Of a stretch of DNA of 64,000 bases, positions 48,880 to 60,310 are shown piece after piece; position 1 is the first letter of the stretch; each line of letters starts with the position of its first letter. A program made the position numbers and the translations under genes. The notes beneath the pieces were generated by a model. It was not told where the DNA came from. It made no database searches and saw only the letters and a program-made list of their open reading frames with translations. Source of the DNA: Macrostomum lignano (taxonomy: Eukaryota); the NCBI GenBank assembly GCA_002269645.1, contig NIVC01000305.1:310001-374000 (forward strand). Direction: 5' to 3'.

Positions 48880-51160
48880 TACTAAAAAAATCCTTCCAAC
48901 CCCATATTTTCAAGCAAATTCAGCACAGTTTTGAAAATGAATGAAAATGTACATGGTGTTTGATAGTCTATATCTTTGTAATCATATGTCCTATTCCTAA
49001 ACATGTAAACTATATGCTGTTTGAAAGATCTATTTGTCTATTTTTCAATGAATTTAAGAATGTAGACATATCTTAAATATAAAAAAAAATTCGGCCATTT
49101 ATAGAAGACCACTTTTTCACCATTTTTCATTTTTGCACATGCTAAAAATAGGCTCACTGGACTCCCTACTCTTATCTAGAAATATTGTAAACACTGATGT
49201 GATGAAATAAAAAATATTGACAGACCAAGGTCCAAGAATTTATCTACCTAAGCCTAAGTTTATATAAAAAAATTCAATCAATTTTAGTTACTAACCACCC
49301 TCATATTAAAAATTTGTACAGCAAATTAGGTTGAATGGCAGCACATTTGGCAACAAGCAGAATTGGGTAGTTGACCAAGGGATCATGTAATTTGCTCAGT
49401 TTGTTATGTACATTAGCTATATAAAATTTAATGTTAATAAAAACAATTGGTCAAAGTTATGTATGTACTTCTTCTTTATATCTATTTGAAAACCCATTAT
49501 TTATATATTAATTGGCTAAAAGGTTGAGAAATTCAAATTTAATTTGAGTTTGATTATCTTTACCTCAAAATTCTAAACATATGTAGCATATCAAAAGTCA
49601 TTTTTATAATTTTATAATATTTATACCTACCAATAGGCAAAGCTATAATCTTATTTAGACTTGAAGAGGTAACTGATAGTTGAGATAAAAAAATCATCTC
49701 TTTTGGTAGGGTAGCAGTTTGACTAGGCCATATTGTTTATAAAAGATTTTATTTTGATGTTTCAAAACATAAAAAATTATACTTTCTGATAATTTGAATT
49801 TCATAGTAATAAAATATCCATTAATTGTTTTTTTAGTATATCAAATATTTTTGGTAAATGAATATATACCAAAAATATAGAACAATGCATTTTCTATAAT
49901 CTTTATATTTCTATATATTTTGGTTTTTATGTTTTACCATGTATAATTTGCCTTAATAACTTTTAAATGAAGGTAAAAATTCAATTGATTAATATTGCTT
50001 TTACTGCTTTTGATGCATGTGTTTTTTGACAACAAGATGTTTTGATGACATTTAGCAAACTTCATTAAGCATCAAATTCAACTAGAAAATTAAATTTTGC
50101 TACCTAAAGTAGCAATAATGAGGTAAGTAAGACTTGCTTTTTGTATGCTCAATATCAGATTTATTATCTAGCTTATATTTCTACTTCTTTTATCATTTTT
50201 AGATTATTTTATTGTTGGAAATTTCATTAATAATGAATGTATTACTCAGTTTTAGACCAGCTGCTCAAACAAAGGAGAATGTGAAGCCAGCTTATCAAAG
50301 GAGATATTTGCCAAGGTGTTTAAGAATTTCAAACACACTGAATTATTGTTTCCCATCTTCTAGTCTGCTCAATATGGATATGCTAAAAACCAATTTTTAA
50401 TTAAACATGAAGTATTTAACTTAATTTTTCATTTTGCTTATATATATTCACTGAGTGATAAAAAATGCTTATTATTTTAACTTTCCAAGGCAAAAAATGA
50501 TATAAAATTTTTAAAGTGCATTTTTAAAGTAATAAGGAAAACAGCAAAACCAAAATTATAAGTTGTTCAGTCCTACATAAAAAAAATTCAGTGGCAAATT
50601 TATTGAAACTTGACACCTTAAAACCTTGAAACTAATTAAGTCTTCAATTTGTCATCAAATTGTCTTTAAAAAAGTCTAAAATTTTCAAAATTTCCAAAAT
50701 TTATCAGTTAGTAATCTGTTTTTCAACTTAGCCATATTAGCATAGATTGTGGCCTGGATCTAAGCATGCATCACTGTCAAAAAAACTACGTCCTGTTATT
50801 CTACTTGTTGCTTCAAAACAATGCGCAGTATTTCACATCCTCAGATTTTGCAGTACACAGATAATTGCTTGACTTTGATATTGCTCTATCATTTCTGTTT
50901 CTGTAAACTTGCTCTAATGGTTTCTTACTGGACTTGAAGTATCTTACTCTTGCAGAAGTTTTTTTTGTCTAACCTTCTGTATTACTGCTTGTTTTCAAGT
51001 TCTTTTGGTTCTTGTTTGTTTGCCTGTCCATTTATGTTGTGACATGTCTATCTATGTGTGTGTGTCTGTGTCTGTCCGTTTGTCTGTCTGTCTGTCTGTC
51101 TGTCTTTCTAGTCACACAGCGCCATCGGCAAGTTTTTCCTGATAACACAGACTGAGAAGT

Positions 51161-51206
51161 ATGAATCAAAGAGTCTTGAATAATGATATTACTGAATTTA
51201 TATTAT
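51161..51206 (+). CDS. Candidate short first coding exon of the Kir gene
   Basis: ATG..T|GTAAGC phase-1 donor matches the phase-1 acceptor at 52540 of the ATG-less open frame; phase match only. Confidence 0.3.
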
Positions 51207-51654
51207 GTAAGCTTCTTTTAAACTCTTGATGGCAAATTTACCTCGAAAACCACCTGGTCTTGCTAATAATTGGTGCCATCAGGGTCAAGCTTCTATGCAA
51301 CGTGCCTGTGTGTTGGGGCAGATTATCAAAGCATCTTAAAAGCTATTTAAATTGAATTCCAAGCCTTAAATTTTATTAATTAGTACCTATTGGTTCTAAT
51401 CTGTTCTGTTGCATCCCTATTAGAGTGACACAGTATTAGCTGATATTCTTACAGCTCAGTATGCATGTTTTATAAATAAATTATAGTGTAACTGATATCT
51501 GTTTCGAAAAACATCCTTTAGGAGATTTGTTAGCAATAATTCAGCTAAGGAAAGCAAATTTGACTCTATTTATTCTTGCATTGCACGCAATCCTTAAGTT
51601 GCATTCCTACTGAGTGACTAGCGATTTACTGTAAGTTGTATTGCTGCTGTTTTG

Positions 51655-52152
51655 TCTTTGCTGTGTCTGCCTGTCTGCTCCTGTCTGTCTGTTTGTCTCC
51701 CTACCTGTGTCTGGCTTTATGTATTTTTGTCTGTCTGTTTGTCTTCCTACCTGTCTGGCTTTATGGCTTTATGTATTTTTGTATGTCTGTCTGTCTGTCT
51801 GCCTGTCTGTCTGTCTGTCTGTGTCTGTCCGACTGTCGTTTTCTGAATATGGCTGTCTGTCTGTCTGTCTGTCCGTCTGTCGTTTTCTGAATATGTCTGT
51901 CTGTCTGTCCGTCTGTCGTTTCTGAATATGTCTGTCTGTCTGTCCGTCCGTCTGTCGTTTTCTGAATATGGCTGTCTGTCTGTCTGTCTGTCCGTCTGTC
52001 GTTTTCTGAATATGTCTGTCTGTCTGTCCGTCTGTCGTTTCTGAATATGTCTGTCTGTCTGTCCGTCCGTCTGTCGTTTTCTGAATCTGTCTGTCTGTCT
52101 GTCGTTTTCTGAATCTGTCTGTCTGTCTGTCGTTTTCTGAATCTGTCTGTCT

Positions 52153-52186
<34 letters not shown>

Positions 52187-52199
52187 CGTTTTCTGAATA

Positions 52200-52246
<47 letters not shown>

Positions 52247-52259
52247 CGTTTTCTGAATA

Positions 52260-52290
<31 letters not shown>

Positions 52291-52303
52291 CGTTTTCTGA
52301 ATA

Positions 52304-52334
<31 letters not shown>

Positions 52335-52385
52335 CGTTTTCTGATTATGTCTGCCTGTCTGTCTGTCTGTGTCTGGCTATCTGTC
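51655..52385. repeat. CTGT-rich microsatellite/minisatellite (CTGTCTGTCCGTCTGTCGTTTTCTGAATATG)
   Basis: Tandem low-complexity copies. Confidence 0.9.
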
Positions 52386-52540
52386 TTCTTGTGTGTCTTA
52401 CACTGTCCTCCCGTGAGCTCTACACTCACGAATATCCATTTTCACACTCTTAATAATCACCTCCTTTGGATGCACATTTGAATGCTAATTTAAACCACAA
52501 GATAACGTTTTCATAATCATAAATAGAAATTCAGTTTAAG

Positions 52541-52946
52541 CAGCACCGCCCACGACCCGCGAATCCAACAGTGGCAGTGACTCGACGCGGTCCCCCAGCG
52601 GAGGGGGCAGGGCATTCTCAGTCCAGCCCGTTGCCTCGTCTGGCTCGCCTCCGGCCGCCGCCGCCGCCTCCACCAAGGCTGACGACTTGAAACCGCTGCC
52701 AAACCTGCCGCACTACACTGTGACAGGAGCTTCTCAGGCCGACAACCGCTTGCGTCAGTTTGCCCACAATCTGTTCATGTTTCGCAGAAAGTCTGCCGAC
52801 GGACTCGAGAACGACTCAGTGCCAATGGATGGTGCTGGCAGAGCCGCTGGCAATGCAGATACTGGCGCTGCTGCCGCTACTAGCAGGCGCAGATTAGCTG
52901 TCAGCACCAAGTCATGGCGCGATATGAAAGCTAAAAGTACAAGGAG
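52541..52946 (+). CDS. KCNJ: Kir channel N-terminal exon (first in-frame ATG at 52777; frame open from 52540)
   Basis: Open frame ending ..KSTR AG|GTGAGC (phase 2), matching the next exon's acceptor; 5' limit uncertain. Confidence 0.65.
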
Positions 52947-52984
52947 GTGAGCTTTATCAAGGGGTCGCGATGTACTTTGGGGTG

Positions 52985-53917
52985 TGATTGGTGTGTGTGT
53001 GTGTGTGTTTATTTAGCTCTGATTTGTGTGTGTGTTTATTTAGCTGTGATTTGGTGTGTTTATTTAGCTGTGATGTGTGTGTTTATTTAGCTTTGATTTG
53101 CGTGTGTTTATTTAGCTCTGATTTGTGTGTGTGTTTATTTAGCTGTAATTTGGTGTGTTTATTTAGCTGTGATTTGGTGTGTTTATTTAGCTGTGATTTG
53201 GTGTGTTTATTTAGCTGTGATGTGTGTGTGTTTATTTAGCTTTGATTTGCGTGTGTTTATTTGGCTCTGATTTGTGTGTGTTTATTTAGCTGTAATTTGG
53301 TGTGTTTATTTAGCTGTGATTTGCGTGTGTTTATTCAGCTGTGATGTGTGTTTATTTAGCTGTGATGTGTGTTTATTTAGCTGTGATGTGTGTGTGTTTA
53401 TTTAGCTTTGATTTGCGCGTGTTTATTTAGCTCTGATTTGTGTGTGTGTGTTTATTTAGCTGTAATTTGGTGTGTTTATTTAGCTGTGATTTGCGTGTGT
53501 TTATTCAGCAGTGATGTGTGTTTATTTAGCTGTAATTTGGTGTGTTTATTTAGCTGTGATTTGGTGTGTTTATTTAGCTGTGATTTGGTGTGTTTATTTA
53601 GCTGTGATGTGTGTGTGTTTATTTAGCTTTGATTTGCGTGTGTTTATTTGGCTCTGATTTGTGTGTGTTTATTTAGCTGTAATTTGGTGTGTTTATTTAG
53701 CTGTGATGTGTGTTTATTTAGCTTTGATGTGTGTGTTAATTTAGCTGTGATGTGTGTGTGTGTTTATTTAGCTGTGATGTGTGTTTATTTAGCTGTGATG
53801 TGTGTGTTTATTTAGCTGTGATGTGTGTTTATTTAGCTGTGATGTGTGTGTTTATTTAGCTTTGATGTGTGTGTTTATTTAGCTGTGATGTGTGTGTGTG
53901 TGTGTGTGTGTGTGTGT
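52985..53917. repeat. GT-rich minisatellite (TGTGTTTATTTAGCTGTGAT variants) in a Kir intron
   Basis: Tandem copies. Confidence 0.92.
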
Positions 53918-53961
53918 TCGACATCAGCCAGCTGACATCGGGCACCCGCACCCGACGGCAG

Positions 53962-54355
53962 GTACAAGCGCCTGGTATTCAAGAACGGCGAGTGCAACAT
54001 CTCCCACTACAACATCAAGAAACGAAAGCGGCGATTCCTAGCGGACATTTTCACCACTCTGGTGGATATTAAATGGCGGTACGCGCTTCTGTTGTTCACA
54101 GTGGGGTTCATAGCCAGCTGGTTGTTTTTCTCCCTATTCTGGCTGCTCATCTGCTTCTCGCACGGCGATTTGGACGAAAAAAAGCCGAAGAATTTTGTAC
54201 CGTGCGTTGAAAATGTGAATGGATTCACCGATGCCCTGCTGTTCTCTATTGAGACTCAGCACACGATTGGCTACGGGTTTCGGTATCCGTCAGACAGGTG
54301 CCCCGAGGCTGTGCTCATGGTGATGGTGCAGAGCTGCTTTGGAGTCATCATCCAG
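53962..54355 (+). CDS. KCNJ: Inward-rectifier K+ channel (Kir2/Irk-like), M1-pore-M2 exon
   Basis: KRLVFKNGECN..RFLADIFTTLVDIKWRY..SWLFF..CVENVNGFTDALLFSIETQHTIGYG.R..CPEA; acceptor GGCAG at 53961, donor GTGAGA. Confidence 0.95.
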
Positions 54356-54504
54356 GTGAGACTTTTGTGAGATTAAGAATCTAGAAATTAATGTTTTAAT
54401 TTTAAAAAAATTCGAAAAAAAAATTCTTTAAAGTGCTATTTTGAATTTTAGGAGTCGACGGAATAAGGCTTAGTACTCATTTTGAACTTCAGGAATGCAA
54501 AAAT

Positions 54505-55060
54505 AGGAAAGTACATGTGGAACTTTCAGAATCTAGCAAAGTATACGTGGAACTTTCAGAATCTAGCAAAGTATACGTGGAACTTTCAGAATCTAGCAAA
54601 GTATACGTGGAACTTTCAGAATCTAGCAAAGTATACGTGGAACTTTCAGAATCTGGCAAAGTTCATGTGGAACTTTCTGAATCTAGCAAAGTATACGTGG
54701 AACTTTCAGAATCTGGCAAAGTTCATGTGGAACTTTCTGAATCTAGCAAAGTATACGTGGAACTTTCAGAATCTAGCAAAGTACATGTGGAACTTTCAGA
54801 ATCTAGCAAAGTACATGTGGAACTTAAATAATCTAGCAAAAACATGTTAAAATTTAGGAATCTTGCCAAGTACTTGTGGAACTTTCAGAATCTAGCAAAG
54901 TACATGTGGAACTTTAGGAATCTAGCAAAAACATGTTAAACTTTAGGAATCTAGCCAAGTACATGTGGAACTTTCAGAATCTAGCAAAGCACATGTGTAA
55001 CTTTAGGATTCTAATAAAGTACATGTCGAACTTATGAATCTATAAAATACATATGAAACT
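54505..55060. repeat. 30-bp minisatellite (GTGGAACTTTCAGAATCTAGCAAAGTATAC) in a Kir intron
   Basis: Tandem copies degenerating toward the 3' end. Confidence 0.92.
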
Positions 55061-55127
55061 TAATATTTATCAACGTACATTGCAAACTTTAATAAGCATT
55101 GCATCGCCGTACCCACCTACCCTTTAG

Positions 55128-55541
55128 GCCCTGATGACTGGATTAGTATTCGCCAAGCTGTCGCGCCCCAAGAAGCGCGCCGAGACGCTGATGTTCAGCA
55201 AGAACGCGGTGATCTGCAAGCGGGACGGTCAGATGGTGCTGCTGTTTCGCGTAGGCGACATGCGCAAGTCTCAACTGCTAGAGGCTCACGTTCGTGGAAT
55301 ATTAATTAAAAAACGAATCACAAGGGAGGGCGAAGTGCTGCCTTTGGAGCAGTTCGACATTGACTTAGGCTACGGCGAGGGCTACGATCGACTGTTCCTA
55401 GTCTGGCCAATTATTGTTGAGCATAAAATCACGAAGGATTCGCCATTCTGGGAGATTTCTAGCGGCGATTTGTTGAGCGAACAATTCGAGCTAATTGTCA
55501 TACTGGAGGGCATTATTGAGTCCACTGGGATGACTACTCAG
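55128..55541 (+). CDS. KCNJ: Kir channel cytoplasmic-domain exon
   Basis: ALMTGLVFAKLSRPKKRAETLMFSKNAVI..FRVGDMRKSQLLEAHVR..TREGEVLPL..FLVWP..H.I...SPFW..FELIVILEG..ESTGMTTQ. Confidence 0.95.
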
Positions 55542-55564
55542 GTACGGCTGTGGTTTTGGTGTTT

Positions 55565-55870
55565 ATAGTTTTCTAGGGTGAGATTTTGGAGTATCTATAG
55601 ACTTCTGGGTGAGGTTTTTGAGTGTCTAGTCTTTTAGGGGGAGATTTTGGAGTGTCTATAGTCCTCTAGGGTGAGGTTTTAGAGTATCTATATAGTCTTC
55701 TAAAGTGAGATTTTGGAGTGTCTATAGTCTATAAGGGTAAGATTTTGGAGTATTTATAGTCTTCTAGGGTGAGATTTTGGAGTATCTATAGTTTTCCAGG
55801 GTGAGATTTTGGAGTATCTATAGACTTCTAGGGTGAGATTTTGGTGTATCCATTATCAAGGGTGAGATTT
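55565..55870. repeat. ~32-bp degenerate minisatellite (GGGTGAGATTTTGGAGTATCTATAGTCTTCTA) in a Kir intron
   Basis: Tandem copies. Confidence 0.85.
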
Positions 55871-55960
55871 TAAAGTAATCTATCACGAAGAGCTGTTTTT
55901 TCAGCTCAGTTGTACTTTTCAATTGATAGCGTAGCAACTACGCCTTGATCCCCTCTCCAG

Positions 55961-56356
55961 GCTCGCTCCAGCTACCTGCCCTCTGAGATTCGCTGGGGTC
56001 ACAGGTTCGAACGCCTGATCACCTACCAGAAGGACAACGGCGAATACCAGATCAACTACGAGAAATTCCACGCCACGAGGGAGATCCCCAGATTTCCCAG
56101 ATGCTCGGCGAAAGATCTGGCCGACTTAGGCGAGGAGAATTTCCCCTATCAGGGCATGATAGATGACGACCAGTACTCACTGGCCAGCAGGACCGTCACC
56201 AGCGCTTCCAATCTGCACTCGATGATTCTGCCTAAACAGCAGTCAACTCGCGACCAAGAGTCTGCGCCGCTTCATCAGCGCAAATCTGCCGGTGGCGCCT
56301 CCACATCTGGTGCCGGAGCCCACTCTGACTTTGCCTGTCCAATATCGCTGGCCTAG
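55961..56356 (+). CDS. KCNJ: Kir channel terminal exon
   Basis: Acceptor CTCTCCAG; ARSSYLPSEIRWGHRF..Y.INY.KFH..CSAKDL; stop TAG at 56354-56356. Confidence 0.93.
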   Translation, partial: ARSSYLPSEIRWGHRFERLITYQKDNGEYQINYEKFHATREIPRFPRCSAKDLADLGEENFPYQGMIDDDQYSLASRTVTSASNLHSMILPKQQSTRDQESAPLHQRKSAGGASTSGAGAHSDFACPISLA

Positions 56357-56489
56357 AGATTGCAGACTGCTTGGTGTTCACTTTCTGAGAACTCAGCTTG
56401 TGCCTGTTTTTTATTCGTTTTTAATATGGTGCAAATTGTTTCAAGCAAATTCGATACTAGTGTACTTTTATTTAGTTTATCGCTGTCGT

Positions 56490-57345
56490 TCAAAGGTGAG
56501 ATTCTACTCGTGTCTCAGAGTATCTCGTGGGTGAGATTCTACTAGTGTCTCAGAGTATCTCATGGGTGAGATTCTACTAGTGTCTCAGAGTATCTCATGG
56601 GTGAAATTCTACTAGTGTCTCTGAGTATCTCATGGGTGAGATTCTTTTAGTGTCTCTGAGTGTCTAATGTGTGAGATTATTTTAGTGTCTCTGAGTATCT
56701 CATGGGTGAGATTATTTTAGTGTCTCTGAGTGTCTAATGGGTGAGATTCTACTAGTGTCTGAGTATCTCATGGTTGAGACTCTACTAGTGTCTCTGAGTG
56801 TCTAATGCGTGAGATTCTACTAGTGTCTCAGAATATCTCATGGGTGAGATTCTTTTAGTGTCTCTGAGTGTCTAATGGTTGAGACTCTACTAGTGTCTCT
56901 GAGTGTCTAATGGGTGAGATTCTACTAGTGTCTCTGAGTGTCTAATGGTTGAGACTCTACTAGTGTCTCTGAGTGTCTAATGGGTGAGATTCTACTAGTG
57001 TCTCTGAGTGTCTAATGGTTGAGACTCTACTAGTGTCTCTGAGTGTCTAATGGGTGAGATTCTACTAGTGTCTCTGAGTGTCTAATGGTTGAGACTCTAC
57101 TAGTGTCTCTGAGTGTCTAATGGTTGAGACTCTACTAGTGTCTCTGAGTGTCTAATGGGTGAGATTCTACTAGTGTCTCTGAGTGTCTAATCGGTGAGAT
57201 TCTACTAGTGTCTCTGAGTGTCTAATGGGTGAGATTCTACTAGTGTCTCTGAGTGTCTAATGGGTGAGATTCTACTAGTGTCTCTGGGTGTCTAATGGGT
57301 GAGATTCTACTAGTGTCTCTGAGTGTCTAATGGGTGAGATTCAAG
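56490..57345. repeat. ~35-bp minisatellite (GGGTGAGATTCTACTAGTGTCTCTGAGTGTCTAAT) downstream of Kir
   Basis: Tandem copies. Confidence 0.93.
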
Positions 57346-58785
57346 TAGAGTCCCCTGCTCGCTAAATATCTCTAATGCTGAGATGTACACGCACATTCTG
57401 TGCACACGAAGCGCACATTTACAACTGATTGGCGCACAATGGCATATCACTACAGCTAGGATTTTTTTCTAAGATTTTTATGCGCCTCAGCTGGTTTGTT
57501 TTAATTTAGTCTTGTGCATGCAGCTGTGCTAACTGTAATTATCATTATTGCTATCAGACCAGGTGTACCTTACCTGGACTCTGCTATCAGACCTGTTTAG
57601 AATTTCTTATCTACATTCGCGCGCTAATTTTTCCAGAGGTGCTAATTACTACTAATTACTAATTAGCACCTAATTAATTCCAATCGCCTAATCAGCTAAA
57701 CGAGTCTTTGATTTCTCCTGCCAAATTTTCACCTGCCTGCCAATTAGTAGTTTAAGTTTATTACTTAATACTAATTTATAAATCTATTAGATAACTTCTA
57801 ACTAATGATTGTCCGCTGCTTGTGGCCATATGTATATAGTGGTTAATTATTTATAGCAATAAAACCGTACTAGATTTCCAATATACTCATTTCCATTTAT
57901 TTTGTTAGGAAGAACTCTTTAACTTTGATTTTTCAAGTTAATGTCGAAATGAACTTTAAGCTAGCCCTGTTTCTGCTTTGTCGACTGGATTGAAGCAGTT
58001 TTGCTGCCATGCAGTGGGTTGGCTGAATTTAATTAACGCACTTCCGTTGGCGGCTTAATTATAAGCTTTTAGAACGTTCAGAACGACCCCTGCTTGCCCA
58101 TAGCTGGCACACGCTTAGCGTCTACTGTTAGTAGAGCAACATTTTAGCGAAGTTAAAATGGCAGTATCGAATATAATATTACTAGTAATCTATAATAAAG
58201 ACTAAAGCTATTGAAATGTCAATGTAGTATTCGTATATAAATATTCTCAGTAGGGCTGTGGGCACCCTGGTGCAACGCCTTGGGCAACGGATTCCAAGGT
58301 CATTTGCTAGAAAATTGATCTGCAGAAAAGCAGAAATTTCAAGATGAAACATCAAATAACTGCATGAGCCAACACCATTCTTACTGGAGCATCACTTGCA
58401 GTCTACTCCACATCTACAGGGCTTGGCAGTTGGCTGGCTTGGCGAAAGAGTTGCACACAGTGACGCAGTGCGGTAACCTCTGGGCTCTCTGTCCCGCCTT
58501 ATATTATCTTCATCAGGCTTAAGATTTTTTTGAAAGCCAAGAAAAGCACAGTGCGCAGAGACCCGCCTGTCTCGCCTATTGAGCTCTAGCATCTGCAGCC
58601 GCCATTTATTCAAATCTTTCCTCTCACGCCAGCGGAAGCCCAACACAACAATACACACTGAAGCAGGTATTCTATCCACAAGAGTTTATCTACACTATAA
58701 AAGGGACACAGTGGAAGAAGCCTAAAATTATAGCTTCTGTGGAGAGCCGGGCGCAGGCTATACAGCTGTAGCCAGGTCAACTGCA

Positions 58786-59460
58786 ATGCCCGCCAACAGT
58801 CGCCCTGAGATCAGCGTTCGTTTCAACGAGCCGCCGCAGTCGTCAACTCAGAATTCAAATCATTCGCCAACTGCAGCCGATGCAAAACCGCCGCCGCCTG
58901 CTGCAGTGCGTCGGGTTCGACCGCACACAGCCGCCGCTGCCGCTGGGCCGTCGTGTGGAGCGCCGTTCCTGGATGCCCAGGGCAACCGAACCCAGCCCAG
59001 CAGAGACCCGCAGCATCCTTCATCTGCTGCAGGCCCTGCCAACACAACCATGACCGGCCTGAGACGGAAGAAACGAAAGAAGAGACGACCGAAGACCGCC
59101 CTGGGGATCGAGCAGCAGCAGCAGCAGACTACTTCGTCATCGGCGGCGGCCGGAGCCAACGGCGCGGCAGGCGGCAGCGAGCCGAACTTTCCAACTTTGA
59201 ATCCGCGCGTTTTTCACGCGTTGCGCGGATTTTTAACCACGGAAAGTTTGAAGAAGACGAAATTCTATTCGGACAGAGAGGAGAGAATGTCCAGCAGGAG
59301 GCTGCAGCTGGACGAGCAGAGTGAGCGGCTGAAGCAGCGAATTGGCGGCTTCTACCAGAAGCTGGACAGCTTCATCGCCGAGACCAACAAGGCTGCTCAG
59401 TGGGAGCCGGAAGACCGGCGAAAGCAGAAAAGTTTTCTAGACGATTTGGACAATCTGTGA
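58786..59460 (+). CDS. Uncharacterised protein, ~224 aa; possibly spliced at 59457 to a 10-nt final exon at 60370 (ending ..LKI*)
   Basis: ATG-initiated GC-rich non-repetitive ORF; basic NLS-like RRKKRKKRR, RPHTA/RPKTA motifs, coiled-coil-like C-terminus; no family recognised. Confidence 0.65.
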   Translation: MPANSRPEISVRFNEPPQSSTQNSNHSPTAADAKPPPPAAVRRVRPHTAAAAAGPSCGAPFLDAQGNRTQPSRDPQHPSSAAGPANTTMTGLRRKKRKKRRPKTALGIEQQQQQTTSSSAAAGANGAAGGSEPNFPTLNPRVFHALRGFLTTESLKKTKFYSDREERMSSRRLQLDEQSERLKQRIGGFYQKLDSFIAETNKAAQWEPEDRRKQKSFLDDLDNL

Positions 59461-59529
59461 GGCTGCAGTGGACTGACCGCAGGACAGATGTACATAAATT
59501 TCAAGTTTTGGGCACCAGCAGTTTTACCT

Positions 59530-60310
59530 GCCTCAGGTCTGCCTCTGCCTACCTGTCTGTGTCTGCCTGTCTGTCTGCCTGCCTACCTGCCTGTCTGTCT
59601 GCCTGCCTACCTGCCTGTCTGTCTTCCTGTCTACATGTCTGTCTGCCTGCCTACCTGCCTGTGTCTGCCTGCCTACCTGTCTGTGTCTGCCTGCCTACCT
59701 GCCTGTCTGTCTTCCTGTCTACATGTCTGTGTCTGCCTGCCTACCTGCCTGTGTCTGCCTGCCTACCTGCCTGTGTCTGCCTGCCTACCTGCCTGTGTCT
59801 GCCTGCCTACCTGCCTACCTGTCGGTGTCTGTCTACCTGTCTGTCTGCCTGCCTACCTGCCTGACTGTCTTCCTGTCTACCTGTCTGTGTCTGCCTGCCT
59901 ACCTGCCTGACTGTCTTCCTGTCTACCTGTCTGTGTCTGCCTGCCTACCTGCCTGTGTCTGCCTGCCTACCTGCCTGTGTCTGCCTGCCTACCTGCCTGT
60001 GTATCTTCCTGTCTGCCTGCCTGTGTCTGCCTGCCTACCTGCCTGTGTCTGCCTGCCTACCTGCCTGTCTGTCTTCCTGTCTGCCTGCCTGTGTCTGCCT
60101 GCCTACCTGCCTGTCTGTCTTCCTGTCTACATGTCTGTCTACCTGCCTACCTGCCTGACTGTCTTCCTGTCTACATGTCTGTCTGTCTCTCCATGCATGC
60201 GTGTCTGTCTATCTGTCTTACATGTAAGTGTCTTTGTCTGTGTCCGCATTCCGCATGCATGTCTCAATCTGTTTATCCTTCTGTGGGTCTATCTGTCTAC
60301 ATTCTACCGT
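59530..60310. repeat. CCTG/CTGT-rich low-complexity repeat
   Basis: (CTGCCTAC/CTGT)n. Confidence 0.9.

Noticed and set aside
45336-49168. Possible large TIR element (TAGGGGTTCCAGTGAG vs reverse complement TAGGGAGTCCCAGTGAG) enclosing the mariner
   Set aside because: Imperfect short match and no target-site duplication; the 47.4-47.7 kb peptide fragments are only vaguely transposase-like
51636-53626. Cys/Val/Leu-rich ORFs here and at 59400-60354
   Set aside because: Translations of CTGT/GT low-complexity repeats
53921-53961. Alternative Kir acceptor at CATCAG (53927)
   Set aside because: Leads to an in-frame TGA at 53933 or to the wrong frame; GGCAG at 53961 gives the correct phase
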